A stretch of DNA of 64,000 bases, taken from contig NC_087436.1 of NCBI RefSeq assembly GCF_036321535.1, positions 806,001-870,000 on the forward strand, in the 5' to 3' direction. The stretch comes from Camelus dromedarius (lineage: Eukaryota). Positions 11,201 through 26,200 of this stretch are shown here, in pieces. The stretch's first letter is position 1; each line of letters opens with the position of its first letter. Under the pieces are notes generated by a model, which was not told the DNA's origin, ran no database searches, and saw nothing but the letters and a program-made list of their open reading frames with translations. A program made the translations under genes and the position numbers.

Positions 11201-14200
11201 GAACTGAGCAAGTGGAGAGATGTTCGTTCATCTAGCACAAAGGGAACGGGTTGCAGGAGACACTTTTTCTCTGCTTTCTCAGTCTGTTTCCTAGTGCCAG
11301 TTTGAAGTTCCTGCAGTTTTCATTATCAAACCGATTTGGAGCTAGTATCTCCCCATATATATGTATGGAATGGAGTTTACAACTGAAAAGAAACTTTGTG
11401 TTCCCAACAAGCTTGGTGAAGAGCGGCTTTCACACACACTTATCTCTCAGAACTGAGCAAGTGGAGAGACGTTCGTTCATCCAGCACCAAGGGTACGGGT
11501 TGCAGGAGACACTTTTTCTCTGATTTCTCAGTCTGTTTCCTAGTGCCGGTTTGAAGTTCCTGCAGTTATCACTGTAAAACCGAGTTGGAGCTTCTACCTC
11601 CCCATATATATGTATGGAATGGAGTTTGCAACTGAAAAGAAACTTTGTGTTCCCAACAATCTAGGTGAAGGACGGCTTTCACACACACTTATCTCTCAGA
11701 ACTGAGCAAGTGGAGAGACGTTCGTTCATCTAGCACCAAGGGAACGGGTTGCAGGAGACACTTTTTCTCTGTTTTCTCAGTCTGTTTCCTAGTGCCGGTT
11801 TGAAGTTCCTGCAGTTTTCACTGTGAAACCCAGTTGGAGCTTCTACCTCCCCATATATATGTATGGAATGGAGTTTGCAACTGAAAAGAAACTTTGTGTT
11901 CCCAACAAGCAAGGTGAAGGACGGCTTTCATACACACATATCTCTCAGAACTGAGCAAGTGGAGAGATGTTCGTTCATCTAGCACCAAGGGAACGGGTTG
12001 CAGGAGACACTTTTTCTCTGCTTTCTCAGTCTGTTTCCTAGTGCCGGTTTGAAGTTCCTGCAGTTTTCACTGTCAATCCGAGTTGGAGCTAGTACCTCCC
12101 CGTATATATCTATGGAATGGAGTTTGCAACTGAAAAGAAACTTTGTGTTCCCAACAAGCTAGGTGAAGGACGGCTTTCACACACATTTATCTCTCAGAAC
12201 TGAGCAAGTGGAGAGACGTTCGTTCATGTAGCACCAAGGGAACGGGTTGCAGGAGACACTTTTTCTCTGCTTTCTCAGTCTGTTTCCTAGTGCCGGTTTG
12301 AAGTTCCTGCAGTTTTCACTGTCAACCCGAGTTGGAGCTAGTACCTCCCCATATATATGTATGGAATGGAGTTTGCAACTGAAAAGAAACTTTGTGTTCC
12401 CAACAAGCAAGGTGAAGGACGGCTTTCACACGCACATATCTCTCAGAACTGAGCAAGTGGAGAGATGTTCGTTCATCTAGCACCAAGGGAACGGGTTGCA
12501 GGAGACACTTTTTCTCTGCTTTCTCAGTCTGTTTCCTAGTGCCGGTTTGAAGTTCCTGCAGTTTTCATTGTCAAACCGATTTGGAGCTAGTATCTCCCCA
12601 TATATATGTATGGAATGGAGTTTACAACTGAAAAGAAACTTTGTGTTCCCAACAAGCTTGGTGAAGAGCGGCTTTCACACACACTTATCTCTCAGAACTG
12701 AGCAAGTGGAGAGACGTTCGTTCATCCAGCACCAAGGGAACGGGTTGCAGGAGACACTTTTTCTCTGCTTTCTCAGTCTGTTTCCTAGTGCCGGTTTGAA
12801 GTTCCTGCAGTTATCACTGTAAAACCGAGTTGGAGCTTGTACCTCCCCATATATATGTATGGAATGGAGTTTGCAACTGAAAAGAAACTTTGTGTTCCCA
12901 ACAAGCTAGGTGAAGGACGGCTTTCACACACACTTATCTCTCAGAACTGAGCAAGTGGAGAGACGTTCGTTCATCTAGCACCAAGGGAACGGGTTGCAGG
13001 AGACACTTTTTCTCTGTTTTCTCAGTCTGTTTCCTAGTGCCGGTTTGAAGTTCCTGCAGTTTTCACTGTGAACCCATTTGGAGCTTGTACCTCCCCATAT
13101 ATATGTATGGAATGGAGTTTGCAACTGAAAAGAAACTTTGTGTTCCCAACAAGCAAGGTGAAGGACGGCTTTCACACGCACATATCTCTCAGAACTGAGC
13201 AAGTGGAGAGATGTTCGTTCATCTAGCACAAAGGGAACGGGTTGCAGGAGACACTTTTTCTCTGCTTTCTCAGTCTGTTTCCTAGTGCCAGTTTGAAGTT
13301 CCTGCAGTTTTCATTATCAAACCGATTTGGAGCTAGTATCTCCCCATATATATGTATGGAATGGAGTTTACAACTGAAAAGAAACTTTGTGTTCCCAACA
13401 AGCTTGGTGAAGAGCGGCTTTCACACACACTTATCTCTCAGAACTGAGCAAGTGGAGAGACGTTCGTTCATCCAGCACCAAGTGTACGGGTTGCAGGAGA
13501 CACTTTTTCTCTGCTTTCTCAGTCTGTTTCCTAGTGCCGGTTTGAAGTTCCTGCAGTTATCACTGTAAAACCGAGTTGGAGCTTGTACCTCCCCATATAT
13601 ATGTATGGAATGGAGTTTGCAACTGAAAAGAAACTTTGTGTTCCCAACAAGCTAGGTGAAGGACGGCTTTCACACACACTTATCTCTCAGAACTGAGCAA
13701 GTGGAGAGACGTTCGTTCATGTAGCACAAAGGGAACGGGTTGCAGGAGACACTTTTTCTCTGCTTTCTCAGTCTGTTTCCTAGTGCCGGTTTGAAGTTCC
13801 TGCAGTTTTCACTCTCAAACCGAGTTGGAGCTAGTATCTCCCCATATATATGTATGGAATGGAGTTTACAACTGAAAAGAAACTTTGTGTTCCCAACAAG
13901 CTTGGTGAAGAGCGGCTTTCACACACACTTATCTCTCAGAACTGAGCAAGTGGAGAGACGTTCGTTCATCCAGCACCAAGGGTACGGGTTGCAGGAGACA
14001 CTTTTTCTCTGCTTTCTCAGTCTGTTTCCTAGTGCCGGTTTGAAGTTCCTGCAGTTTTCACTGTAAAACCGAGTTGGAGCTTGTACCTCCCCATATATAT
14101 GTATGGAATGGAGTTTGCAACTGAAAAGAAACTTTGTGTTCCCAACAAGCTAGGTGAAGGACGGCTTTCACACACACTTATCTCTCAGAACTGAGCAAGT

Positions 14201-17200
14201 GGAGAGACGTTCGTTTATGTAGCACAAAGGGAACGGGTTGCAGGAGACACTTTTTCTCTGTTTTCTCAGTCTGTTTCCTAGTGCCGGTTTGAAGTTCCTG
14301 CAGTTTTCACCAACAGAGTTGGAGCTTCTACCTCCCCATATATATGTATGGAATGGAGTTTGCAACTGAAAAGAAACTTTGTGTTCCCAACAAGCTAGGT
14401 GAAGGACGGCTTTCACACACACTTATCTCTCAGAACAGAGCAATTGGAGAGACGTTCGTTCATCTAGCACCAAGGGAACGCGTTGCAGGAGACACTTTTT
14501 CTCTGCTTTCTCAGTCTGTTTCCTAGTGCCGGTTTGAAGTTCCTGCAGTTTTCACTGTCAAACCGAGGTGGAGCTAGTACCTCCCCATATATATGTATGG
14601 AATGGAGTTTGCAACTGAAAAGAAACTTTGTGTTCCCAACAAGCAAGGTGAAGGACGGCTTTCACACGCACATATCTCTCAGAACTGAGCAAGTGGAGAG
14701 ATGTTCGTTCATCTAGCACCAAGGGAACGGGTTGCAGGAGACACTTTTTCTCTGCTTTCTCAGTCTGTTTCCTAGTGCCGGTTTGAAGTTCCTGCAGTTT
14801 TCATTGTCAAACCGATTTGGAGCTAGTATCTCCCCATATATATGTATGGAATGGAGTTTACAACTGAAAAGAAACTTTGTGTTCCCAACAAGCTTGGTGA
14901 AGAGCGGCTTTCACACACACTTATCTCTCAGAACTGAGCAAGTGGAGAGACGTTCGTTCATCCAGCACCAAGGGAAAGGGTTGCAGGAGACACTTTTTCT
15001 CTGCTTTCTCAGTCTGTTTCCTAGTGCCGGTTTGAAGTTCCTGCAGTTATCACTGTAAAACCGAGTTGGAGCTTCTACCTCCCCATATATATGTATGGAA
15101 TGGAGTTTGCAACTGAAAAGAAACTTTGTGTTCCCAACAAGCTAGGTGAAGGACGGCTTTCACACACACTTATCTCTCAGAACTGAGCAAGTGGAGAGAC
15201 GTTCGTTCAACTAGCACCAAGGGAACGGGTTGCAGGAGACACTTTTTCTCTGTTTTCTCAGTCTGTTTCCTAGTGCCGGTTTGAAGTTCCTGCAGTTTTC
15301 ACTGTGAAACCCATTTGGAGCTTGTACCTCCCCATATATATGTATGGAATGGAGTTTGCAACTGAAAAGAAACTTTGTGTTCCCAACAAGCAAGGTGAAG
15401 TACGGCTTTCACACGCACATATCTCTCAGAACTGAGCAAGTGGAGAGATGTTCGTTCATCTAGCACAAAGGGAACGGGTTGCAGGAGACACTTTTTCTCT
15501 GCTTTCTCAGTCTGTTTCCTAGTGCCAGTTTGAAGTTCCTGCAGTTTTCATTATCAAACCGATTTGGAGCTAGTATCTCCCCATATATATGTATGGAATG
15601 GAGTTTACAACTGAAAAGAAACTTTGTGTTCCCAACAAGCTTGGTGAAGAGCGGCTTTCACACACACTTTTCTCTCAGAACTGAGCAAGTGGAGAGACGT
15701 TCGTTCATCCAGCACCAAGGGTACGGGTTGCAGGAGACACTTTTTCTCTGATTTCTCAGTCTGTTTCCTAGTGCTGGTTTGAAGTTCCTGCAGTTATCAC
15801 TGTAAAACCGAGTTGGAGCTTCTACCTCCCCATATATATGTATGGAATGGAGTTTGCAACTGAAAAGAAACTTTGTGTTCCCAACAATCTAGGTGAAGGA
15901 CGGCTTTCACACACACTTATCTCTCAGAACTGAGCAAGTGGAGAGACGTTCGTTCATCTAGCACCAAGGGAACGGGTTGCAGGAGACACTTTTTCTCTGC
16001 TTTCTCAGTCTGTTTCCTAGTGCCGGTTTGAAGTTCCTGCAGTTTTCATTGTCAAACCGATTTGGAGCTAGTATCTCCCCATATATATGTATGGAATGGA
16101 GTTTACAACTGAAAAGAAACTTTGTGTTCCCAACAAGCTTGGTGAAGAGCGGCTTTCACACACACTTATCTCTCAGAACTGAGCAAGTGGAGAGACGTTC
16201 GTTCATCCAGCACCAAGGGAACGGGTTGCAGGAGACACTTTTTCTCTGCTTTCTCAGTCTGTTTCCTAGTGCCGGTTTGAAGTTCCTGCAGTTATCACTG
16301 TAAAACCGAGTTGGAGCTTGTACCTCCCCATATATATGTATGGAATGGAGTTTGCAACTGAAAAGAAACTTTGTGTTCCCAACAAGCTAGGTGAAGGACG
16401 GCTTTCACACACACTTATCTCTCAGAACTGAGCAAGTGGAGAGACGTTCGTTCATCTAGCACCAAGGGAACGGGTTGCAGGAGACACTTTTTCTCTGTTT
16501 TCTCAGTCTGTTTCCTAGTGCCGGTTTGAAGTTCCTGCAGTTTTCACTGTGAACCCATTTGGAGCTTGTACCTCCCCATATATATGTATGGAATGGAGTT
16601 TGCAACTGAAAAGAAACTTTGTGTTCCCAACAAGCAAGGTGAAGGACGGCTTTCACACGCACATATCTCTCAGAACTGAGCAAGTGGAGAGATGTTCGTT
16701 CATCTAGCACAAAGGGAACGGGTTGCAGGAGACACTTTTTCTCTGCTTTCTCAGTCTGTTTCCTAGTGCCAGTTTGAAGTTCCTGCAGTTTTCATTATCA
16801 AACCGATTTGGAGCTAGTATCTCCCCATATATATGTATGGAATGGAGTTTACAACTGAAAAGAAACTTTGTGTTCCCAACAAGCTTGGTGAAGAGCGGCT
16901 TTCACACACACTTATCTCTCAGAACTGAGCAAGTGGAGAGACGTTCGTTCATCCAGCACCAAGTGTACGGGTTGCAGGAGACACTTTTTCTCTGCTTTCT
17001 CAGTCTGTTTCCTAGTGCCGGTTTGAAGTTCCTGCAGTTATCACTGTAAAACCGAGTTGGAGCTTGTACCTCCCCATATATATGTATGGAATGGAGTTTG
17101 CAACTGAAAAGAAACTTTGTGTTCCCAACAAGCTAGGTGAAGGACGGCTTTCACACACACTTATCTCTCAGAACTGAGCAAGTGGAGAGACGTTCGTTCA

Positions 17201-20200
17201 TGTAGCACAAAGGGAACGGGTTGCAGGAGACACTTTTTCTCTGCTTTCTCAGTCTGTTTCCTAGTGCCGGTTTGAAGTTCCTGCAGTTTTCACTCTCAAA
17301 CCGAGTTGGAGCTAGTATCTCCCCATATATATGTATGGAATGGAGTTTACAACTGAAAAGAAACTTTGTGTTCCCAACAAGCTTGGTGAAGAGCGGCTTT
17401 CACACACACTTATCTCTCAGAACTGAGCAAGTGGAGAGACGTTCGTTCATCCAGCACCAAGGGTACGGGTTGCAGGAGACACTTTTTCTCTGCTTTCTCA
17501 GTCTGTTTCCTAGTGCCGGTTTGAAGTTCCTGCAGTTTTCACTGTAAAACCGAGTTGGAGCTTCTACCTCCCCATATATATGTATGGAATGGAGTTTGCA
17601 ACTGAAAAGAAACTTTGTGTTCCCAACAAGCTAGGTGAAGGACGGCTTTCACACACACTTATCTCTCAGAACTGAGCAAGTGGAGAGACGTTCGTTTATG
17701 TAGCACAAAGGGAACGGGTTGCAGGAGACACTTTTTCTCTGTTTTCTCAGTCTGTTTCCTAGTGCCGGTTTGAAGTTCCTGCAGTTTTCACTGTGAAACA
17801 GAGTTGGAGCTTCTACCTCCCCATATATATGTATGGAATGGAGTTTGCAACTGAAAAGAAACTTTGTGTTCCCAACAAGCTAGGTGAAGGACGGCTTTCA
17901 CACACACTTATCTCTCAGAACAGAGCAATTGGAGAGACGTTCGTTCATCTAGCACCAAGGGAACGGGTTGCAGGAGACACTTTTTCTCTGCTTTCTCAGT
18001 CTGTTTCCTAGTGCCGGTTTGAAGTTCCTGCAGTTTTCACTGTCAAACCGAGGTGGAGCTAGTACCTCCCCATATATATGTATGGAATGGAGTTTGCAAC
18101 TGAAAAGAAACTTTGTGTTCCCAACAAGCAAGGTGAAGGACGGCTTTCACACGCACATATCTCTCAGAACTGAGCAAGTGGAGAGATGTTCGTTCATCTA
18201 GCACCAAGGGAACGGGTTGCAGGAGACACTTTTTCTCTGCTTTCTCAGTCTGTTTCCTAGTGCCGGTTTGAAGTTCCTGCAGTTTTCATTGTCAAACCGA
18301 TTTGGAGCTAGTATCTCCCCATATATATGTATGGAATGGAGTTTACAACTGAAAAGAAACTTTGTGTTCCCAACAAGCTTGGTGAAGAGCGGCTTTCACA
18401 CACACTTATCTCTCAGAACTGAGCAAGTGGAGAGACGTTCGTTCATCCAGCACCAAGGGAAAGGGTTGCAGGAGACACTTTTTCTCTGCTTTCTCAGTCT
18501 GTTTCCTAGTGCCGGTTTGAAGTTCCTGCAGTTATCACTGTAAAACCGAGTTGGAGCTTCTACCTCCCCATATATATGTATGGAATGGAGTTTGCAACTG
18601 AAAAGAAACTTTGTGTTCCCAACAAGCTAGGTGAAGGACGGCTTTCACACACACTTATCTCTCAGAACTGAGCAAGTGGAGAGACGTTCGTTCATGTAGC
18701 ACAAAGGGAACGGGTTGCAGGAGACACTTTTTCTCTGCTTTCTCAGTCTGTTTCCTAGTGCCGGTTTGAAGTTCCTGCAGTTTTCACTCTCAAACCGAGT
18801 TGGAGCTAGTATCTCCCCATATATATGTATGGAATGGAGTTTACAACTGAAAAGAAACTTTGTGTTCCCAACAAGCTTGGTGAAGAGCGGCTTTCACACA
18901 CACTTATCTCTCAGAACTGAGCAAGTGGAGAGACGTTCGTTCATCCAGCACCAAGGGTACGGGTTGCAGGAGACACTTTTTCTCTGCTTTCTCAGTCTGT
19001 TTCCTAGTGCCGGTTTGAAGTTCCTGCAGTTTTCACTGTAAAACCGAGTTGGAGCTTCTACCTCCCCATATATATGTATGGAATGGAGTTTGCAACTGAA
19101 AAGAAACTTTGTGTTCCCAACAAGCTAGGTGAAGGACGGCTTTCACACACACTTATCTCTCAGAACTGAGCAAGTGGAGAGACGTTCGTTTATGTAGCAC
19201 AAAGGGAACGGGTTGCAGGAGACACTTTTTCTCTGTTTTCTCAGTCTGTTTCCTAGTGCCGGTTTGAAGTTCCTGCAGTTTTCACTGTGAAACAGAGTTG
19301 GAGCTTCTACCTCCCCATATATATGTATGGAATGGAGTTTGCAACTGAAAAGAAACTTTGTGTTCCCAACAAGCTAGGTGAAGGACGGCTTTCACACACA
19401 CTTATCTCTCAGAACAGAGCAATTGGAGAGACGTTCGTTCATCTAGCACCAAGGGAACGGGTTGCAGGAGACACTTTTTCTCTGCTTTCTCAGTCTGTTT
19501 CCTAGTGCCGGTTTGAAGTTCCTGCAGTTTTCACTGTCAAACCGAGGTGGAGCTAGTACCTCCCCATATATATGTATGGAATGGAGTTTGCAACTGAAAA
19601 GAAACTTTGTGTTCCCAACAAGCAAGGTGAAGGACGGCTTTCACACGCACATATCTCTCAGAACTGAGCAAGTGGAGAGATGTTCGTTCATCTAGCACCA
19701 AGGGAACGGGTTGCAGGAGACACTTTTTCTCTGCTTTCTCAGTCTGTTTCCTAGTGCCGGTTTGAAGTTCCTGCAGTTTTCATTGTCAAACCGATTTGGA
19801 GCTAGTATCTCCCCATATATATGTATGGAATGGAGTTTACAACTGAAAAGAAACTTTGTGTTCCCAACAAGCTTGGTGAAGAGCGGCTTTCACACACACT
19901 TATCTCTCAGAACTGAGCAAGTGGAGAGACGTTCGTTCATCCAGCACCAAGGGAAAGGGTTGCAGGAGACACTTTTTCTCTGCTTTCTCAGTCTGTTTCC
20001 TAGTGCCGGTTTGAAGTTCCTGCAGTTATCACTGTAAAACCGAGTTGGAGCTTCTACCTCCCCATATATATGTATGGAATGGAGTTTGCAACTGAAAAGA
20101 AACTTTGTGTTCCCAACAAGCTAGGTGAAGGACGGCTTTCACACACACTTATCTCTCAGAACTGAGCAAGTGGAGAGACGTTCGTTCAACTAGCACCAAG

Positions 20201-23200
20201 GGAACGGGTTGCAGGAGACACTTTTTCTCTGTTTTCTCAGTCTGTTTCCTAGTGCCGGTTTGAAGTTCCTGCAGTTTTCACTGTGAAACCCATTTGGAGC
20301 TTGTACCTCCCCATATATATGTATGGAATGGAGTTTGCAACTGAAAAGAAACTTTGTGTTCCCAACAAGCAAGGTGAAGTACGGCTTTCACACGCACATA
20401 TCTCTCAGAACTGAGCAAGTGGAGAGATGTTCGTTCATCTAGCACAAAGGGAACGGGTTGCAGGAGACACTTTTTCTCTGCTTTCTCAGTCTGTTTCCTA
20501 GTGCCAGTTTGAAGTTCCTGCAGTTTTCATTATCAAACCGATTTGGAGCTAGTATCTCCCCATATATATGTATGGAATGGAGTTTACAACTGAAAAGAAA
20601 CTTTGTGTTCCCAACAAGCTTGGTGAAGAGCGGCTTTCACACACACTTTTCTCTCAGAACTGAGCAAGTGGAGAGACGTTCGTTCATCCAGCACCAAGGG
20701 TACGGGTTGCAGGAGACACTTTTTCTCTGATTTCTCAGTCTGTTTCCTAGTGCCGGTTTGAAGTTCCTGCAGTTATCACTGTAAAACCGAGTTGGAGCTT
20801 CTACCTCCCCATATATATGTATGGAATGGAGTTTGCAACTGAAAAGAAACTTTGTGTTCCCAACAATCTAGGTGAAGGACGGCTTTCACACACACTTATC
20901 TCTCAGAACTGAGCAAGTGGAGAGACGTTCGTTCATCTAGCACCAAGGGAACGGGTTGCAGGAGACACTTTTTCTCTGCTTTCTCAGTCTGTTTCCTAGT
21001 GCCGGTTTGAAGTTCCTGCAGTTTTCATTGTCAAACCGATTTGGAGCTAGTATCTCCCCATATATATGTATGGAATGGAGTTTACAACTGAAAAGAAACT
21101 TTGTGTTCCCAACAAGCTTGGTGAAGAGCGGCTTTCACACACACTTATCTCTCAGAACTGAGCAAGTGGAGAGACGTTCGTTCATCCAGCACCAAGGGAA
21201 CGGGTTGCAGGAGACACTTTTTCTCTGCTTTCTCAGTCTGTTTCCTAGTGCCGGTTTGAAGTTCCTGCAGTTATCACTGTAAAACCGAGTTGGAGCTTGT
21301 ACCTCCCCATATATATGTATGGAATGGAGTTTGCAACTGAAAAGAAACTTTGTGTTCCCAACAAGCTAGGTGAAGGACGGCTTTCACACACACTTATCTC
21401 TCAGAACTGAGCAAGTGGAGAGACGTTCGTTCATCTAGCACCAAGGGAACGGGTTGCAGGAGAAACTTTTTCTCTGTTTTCTCAGTCTGTTTCCTAGTGC
21501 CGGTTTGAAGTTCCTGCAGTTTTCACTGTGAACCCATTTGGAGCTTGTACCTCCCCATATATATGTATGGAATGGAGTTTGCAACTGAAAAGAAACTATG
21601 TGTTCCCAACAAGCAAGGTGAAGGACGGCTTTCACACGCACATATCTCTCAGAACTGAGCAAGTGGAGAGATGTTCGTTCATCTAGCACAAAGGGAACGG
21701 GTTGCAGGAGACACTTTTTCTCTGCTTTCTCAGTCTGTTTCCTAGTGCCAGTTTGAAGTTCCTGCAGTTTTCATTATCAAACCGATTTGGAGCTAGTATC
21801 TCCCCATATATATGTATGGAATGGAGTTTACAACTGAAAAGAAACTTTGTGTTCCCAACAAGCTTGGTGAAGAGCGGCTTTCACACACACTTATCTCTCA
21901 GAACTGAGCAAGTGGAGAGACGTTCGTTCATCCAGCACCAAGTGTACGGGTTGCAGGAGACACTTTTTCTCTGCTTTCTCAGTCTGTTTCCTAGTGCCGG
22001 TTTGAAGTTCCTGCAGTTATCACTGTAAAACCGAGTTGGAGCTTGTACCTCCCCATATATATGTATGGAATGGAGTTTGCAACTGAAAAGAAACTTTGTG
22101 TTCCCAACAAGCTAGGTGAAGGACGGCTTTCACACACACTTATCTCTCAGAACTGAGCAAGTGGAGAGACGTTCGTTCATGTAGCACAAAGGGAACGGGT
22201 TGCAGGAGACACTTTTTCTCTGCTTTCTCAGTCTGTTTCCTAGTGCCGGTTTGAAGTTCCTGCAGTTTTCACTCTCAAACCGAGTTGGAGCTAGTATCTC
22301 CCCATATATATGTATGGAATGGAGTTTACAACTGAAAAGAAACTTTGTGTTCCCAACAAGCTTGGTGAAGAGCGGCTTTCACACACACTTATCTCTCAGA
22401 ACTGAGCAAGTGGAGAGACGTTCGTTCATCCAGCACCAAGGGTACGGGTTGCAGGAGACACTTTTTCTCTGCTTTCTCAGTCTGTTTCCTAGTGCCGGTT
22501 TGAAGTTCCTGCAGTTTTCACTGTAAAACCGAGTTGGAGCTTGTACCTCCCCATATATATGTATGGAATGGAGTTTGCAACTGAAAAGAAACTTTGTGTT
22601 CCCAACAAGCTAGGTGAAGGACGGCTTTCACACACACTTATCTCTCAGAACTGAGCAAGTGGAGAGACGTTCGTTTATGTAGCACAAAGGGAACGGGTTG
22701 CAGGAGACACTTTTTCTCTGTTTTCTCAGTCTGTTTCCTAGTGCCGGTTTGAAGTTCCTGCAGTTTTCACTGTGAAACCGAGTTGGAGCTTCTACCTCCC
22801 CATATATATGTATGGAATGGAGTTTGCAACTGAAAAGAAACTTTGTGTTCCCAACAAGCTAGGTGAAGGACGGCTTTCACACACACTTATCTCTCAGAAC
22901 AGAGCAATTGGAGAGACGTTCGTTCATCTAGCACCAAGGGAACGCGTTGCAGGAGACACTTTTTCTCTGCTTTCTCAGTCTGTTTCCTAGTGCCGGTTTG
23001 AAGTTCCTGCAGTTTTCACTGTCAAACCGAGGTGGAGCTAGTACCTCCCCATATATATGTATGGAATGGAGTTTGCAACTGAAAAGAAACTTTGTGTTCC
23101 CAACAAGCAAGGTGAAGGACGGCTTTCACACGCACATATCTCTCAGAACTGAGCAAGTGGAGAGATGTTCGTTCATCTAGCACCAAGGGAACGGGTTGCA

Positions 23201-26200
23201 GGAGACACTTTTTCTCTGCTTTCTCAGTCTGTTTCCTAGTGCCGGTTGGAAGTTCCTGCAGTTTTCATTGTCAAACCGATTTGGAGCTAGTATCTCCCCA
23301 TATATATGTATGGAATGGTGTTTACAACTGAAAAGAAACTTTGTGTTCCCAACAAGCTTGGTGAAGAGCGGCTTTCACACACACTTATCTCTCAGAACTG
23401 AGCAAGTGGAGAGACGTTCGTTCATCCAGCACCAAGGGAAAGGGTTGCAGGAGACACTTTTTCTCTGCTTTCTCAGTCTGTTTCCTAGTGCCGGTTTGAA
23501 GTTCCTGCAGTTATCACTGTAAAACCGAGTTGGAGCTTCTACCTCCCCATATATATGTATGGAATGGAGTTTGCAACTGAAAAGAAACTTTGTGTTCCCA
23601 ACAAGCTAGGTGAAGGACGGCTTTCACACACACTTATCTCTCAGAACTGAGCAAGTGGAGAGACGTTCGTTCATCTAGCACCAAGGGAACGGGTTGCAGG
23701 AGACACTTTTTCTCTGTTTTCTCAGTCTGTTTCCTAGTGCCGGTTTGAAGTTCCTGCAGTTTTCACTGTGAAACCCATTTGGAGCTTGTACCTCCCCATA
23801 TATATGTATGGAATGGAGTTTGCAACTGAAAAGAAACTTTGTGTTCCCAACAAGCAAGGTGAAGTACGGCTTTCACACGCACATATCTCTCAGAACTGAG
23901 CAAGTGGAGAGATGTTCGTTCATCTAGCACCAAGGGAACGGGTTGCAGGAGACACTTTTTCTCTGCTTTCTCAGTCTGTTTCCTAGTGCCGGTTTGAAGT
24001 TCCTGCAGTTTTCACTGTCAATCCGAGTTGGAGCTAGTACCTCCCCGTATATATCTATGGAATGGAGTTTGCAACTGAAAAGAAACTTTGTGTTCCCAAC
24101 AAGCTAGGTGAAGGACGGCTTTCACACACATTTATCTCTCAGAACTGAGCAAGTGGAGAGACGTTCGTTCATCCAGCACCAAGGGAACGGGTTGCAGGAG
24201 ACACTTTTTCTCTGCTTTCTCAGTCTGTTTCCTAGTGCCGGTTTGAAGTTCCTGCAGTTATCACTGTAAAACCGAGTTGGAGCTTGTACCTCCCCATATA
24301 TATGTATGGAATGGAGTTTGCAACTGAAAAGAAACTTTGTGTTCCCAACAAGCTAGGTGAAGGACGGCTTTCACACACACTTATCTCTCAGAACTGAGCA
24401 AGTGGAGAGACGTTCGTTCATGTAGCACAAAGGGAACGGGTTGCAGGAGACACTTTTTCTCTGCTTTCTCAGTCTGTTTCCTAGTGCCGGTTTGAAGTTC
24501 CTGCAGTTTTCACTCTCAAACCGAGTTGGAGCTAGTATCTCCCCATATATATGTATGGAATGGAGTTTACAACTGAAAAGAAACTTTGTGTTCCCAACAA
24601 GCTTGGTGAAGAGCGGCTTTCACACACACTTATCTCTCAGAACTGAGCAAGTGGAGAGACGTTCGTTCATCCAGCACCAAGGGTACGGGTTGCAGGAGAC
24701 ACTTTTTCTCTGCTTTCTCAGTCTGTTTCCTAGTGCCGGTTTGAAGTTCCTGCAGTTTTCACTGTAAAACCGAGTTTGAGCTTGTACCTCCCCATATATA
24801 TGTATGGAATGGAGTTTGCAACTGAAAAGAAACTTTGTGTTCCCAACAAGCTAGGTGAAGGACGGCTTTCACACACACTTATCTCTCAGAACTGAGCAAG
24901 TGGAGAGACGTTCGTTTATGTAGCACAAAGGGAACGCGTTGCAGGAGACACTTTTTCTCTGTTTTCTCAGTCTGTTTCCTAGTGCCGGTTTGAAGTTCCT
25001 GCAGTTTTCACTGTGAAACAGAGTTGGAGCTTCTACCTCCCCATATATATGTATGGAATGGAGTTTGCAACTGAAAAGAAACTTTGTGTTCCCAACAAAC
25101 TAGGTGAAGGACGGCTTTCACACACACTTATCTCTCAGAACAGAGCAATTGGAGAGACGTTCGTTCATCTAGCACCAAGGGAACGCGTTGCAGGAGACAC
25201 TTTTTCTCTGCTTTCTCAGTCTGTTTCCTAGTGCCGGTTTGAAGTTCCTGCAGTTTTCACTGTCAAACCGAGGTGGAGCTAGTACCTCCCCATATATATG
25301 TATGGAATGGAGTTTGCAACTGAAAAGAAACTTTGTGTTCCCAACAAGCAAGGTGAAGGACGGCTTTCACACGCACATATCTCTCAGAACTGAGCAAGTG
25401 GAGAGATGTTCGTTCATCTAGCACCAAGGGAACGGGTTGCAGGAGACACTTTTTCTCTGCTTTCTCAGTCTGTTTCCTAGTGCCGGTTTGAAGTTCCTGC
25501 AGTTTTCATTGTCAAACCGATTTGGAGCTAGTATCTCCCCATATATATGTATGGAATGGAGTTTACAACTGAAAAGAAACTTTGTGTTCCCAACAAGCTT
25601 GGTGAAGAGCGGCTTTCACACACACTTATCTCTCAGAACTGAGCAAGTGGAGAGACGTTCGTTCATCCAGCACCAAGGGAAAGGGTTGCAGGAGACACTT
25701 TTTCTCTGCTTTCTCAGTCTGTTTCCTAGTGCCGGTTTGAAGTTCCTGCAGTTATCACTGTAAAACCGAGTTGGAGCTTCTACCTCCCCATATATATGTA
25801 TGGAATGGAGTTTGCAACTGAAAAGAAACTTTGTGTTCCCAACAAGCTAGGTGAAGGACGGCTTTCACACACACTTATCTCTCAGAACTGAGCAAGTGGA
25901 GAGACGTTCGTTCATCTAGCACCAAGGGAACGGGTTGCAGGAGACACTTTTTCTCTGTTTTCTCAGACTGTTTCCTAGTGCCGGTTTGAAGTTCCTGCAG
26001 TTTTCACTGTGAAACCCATTTGGAGCTTGTACCTCCCCATATATATGTATGGAATGGAGTTTGCAACTGAAAAGAAACTTTGTGTTCCCAACAAGCAAGG
26101 TGAAGTACGGCTTTCACACGCACATATCTCTCAGAACTGAGCAAGTGGAGAGATGTTCGTTCATCTAGCACAAAGGGAACGGGTTGCAGGAGACACTTTT

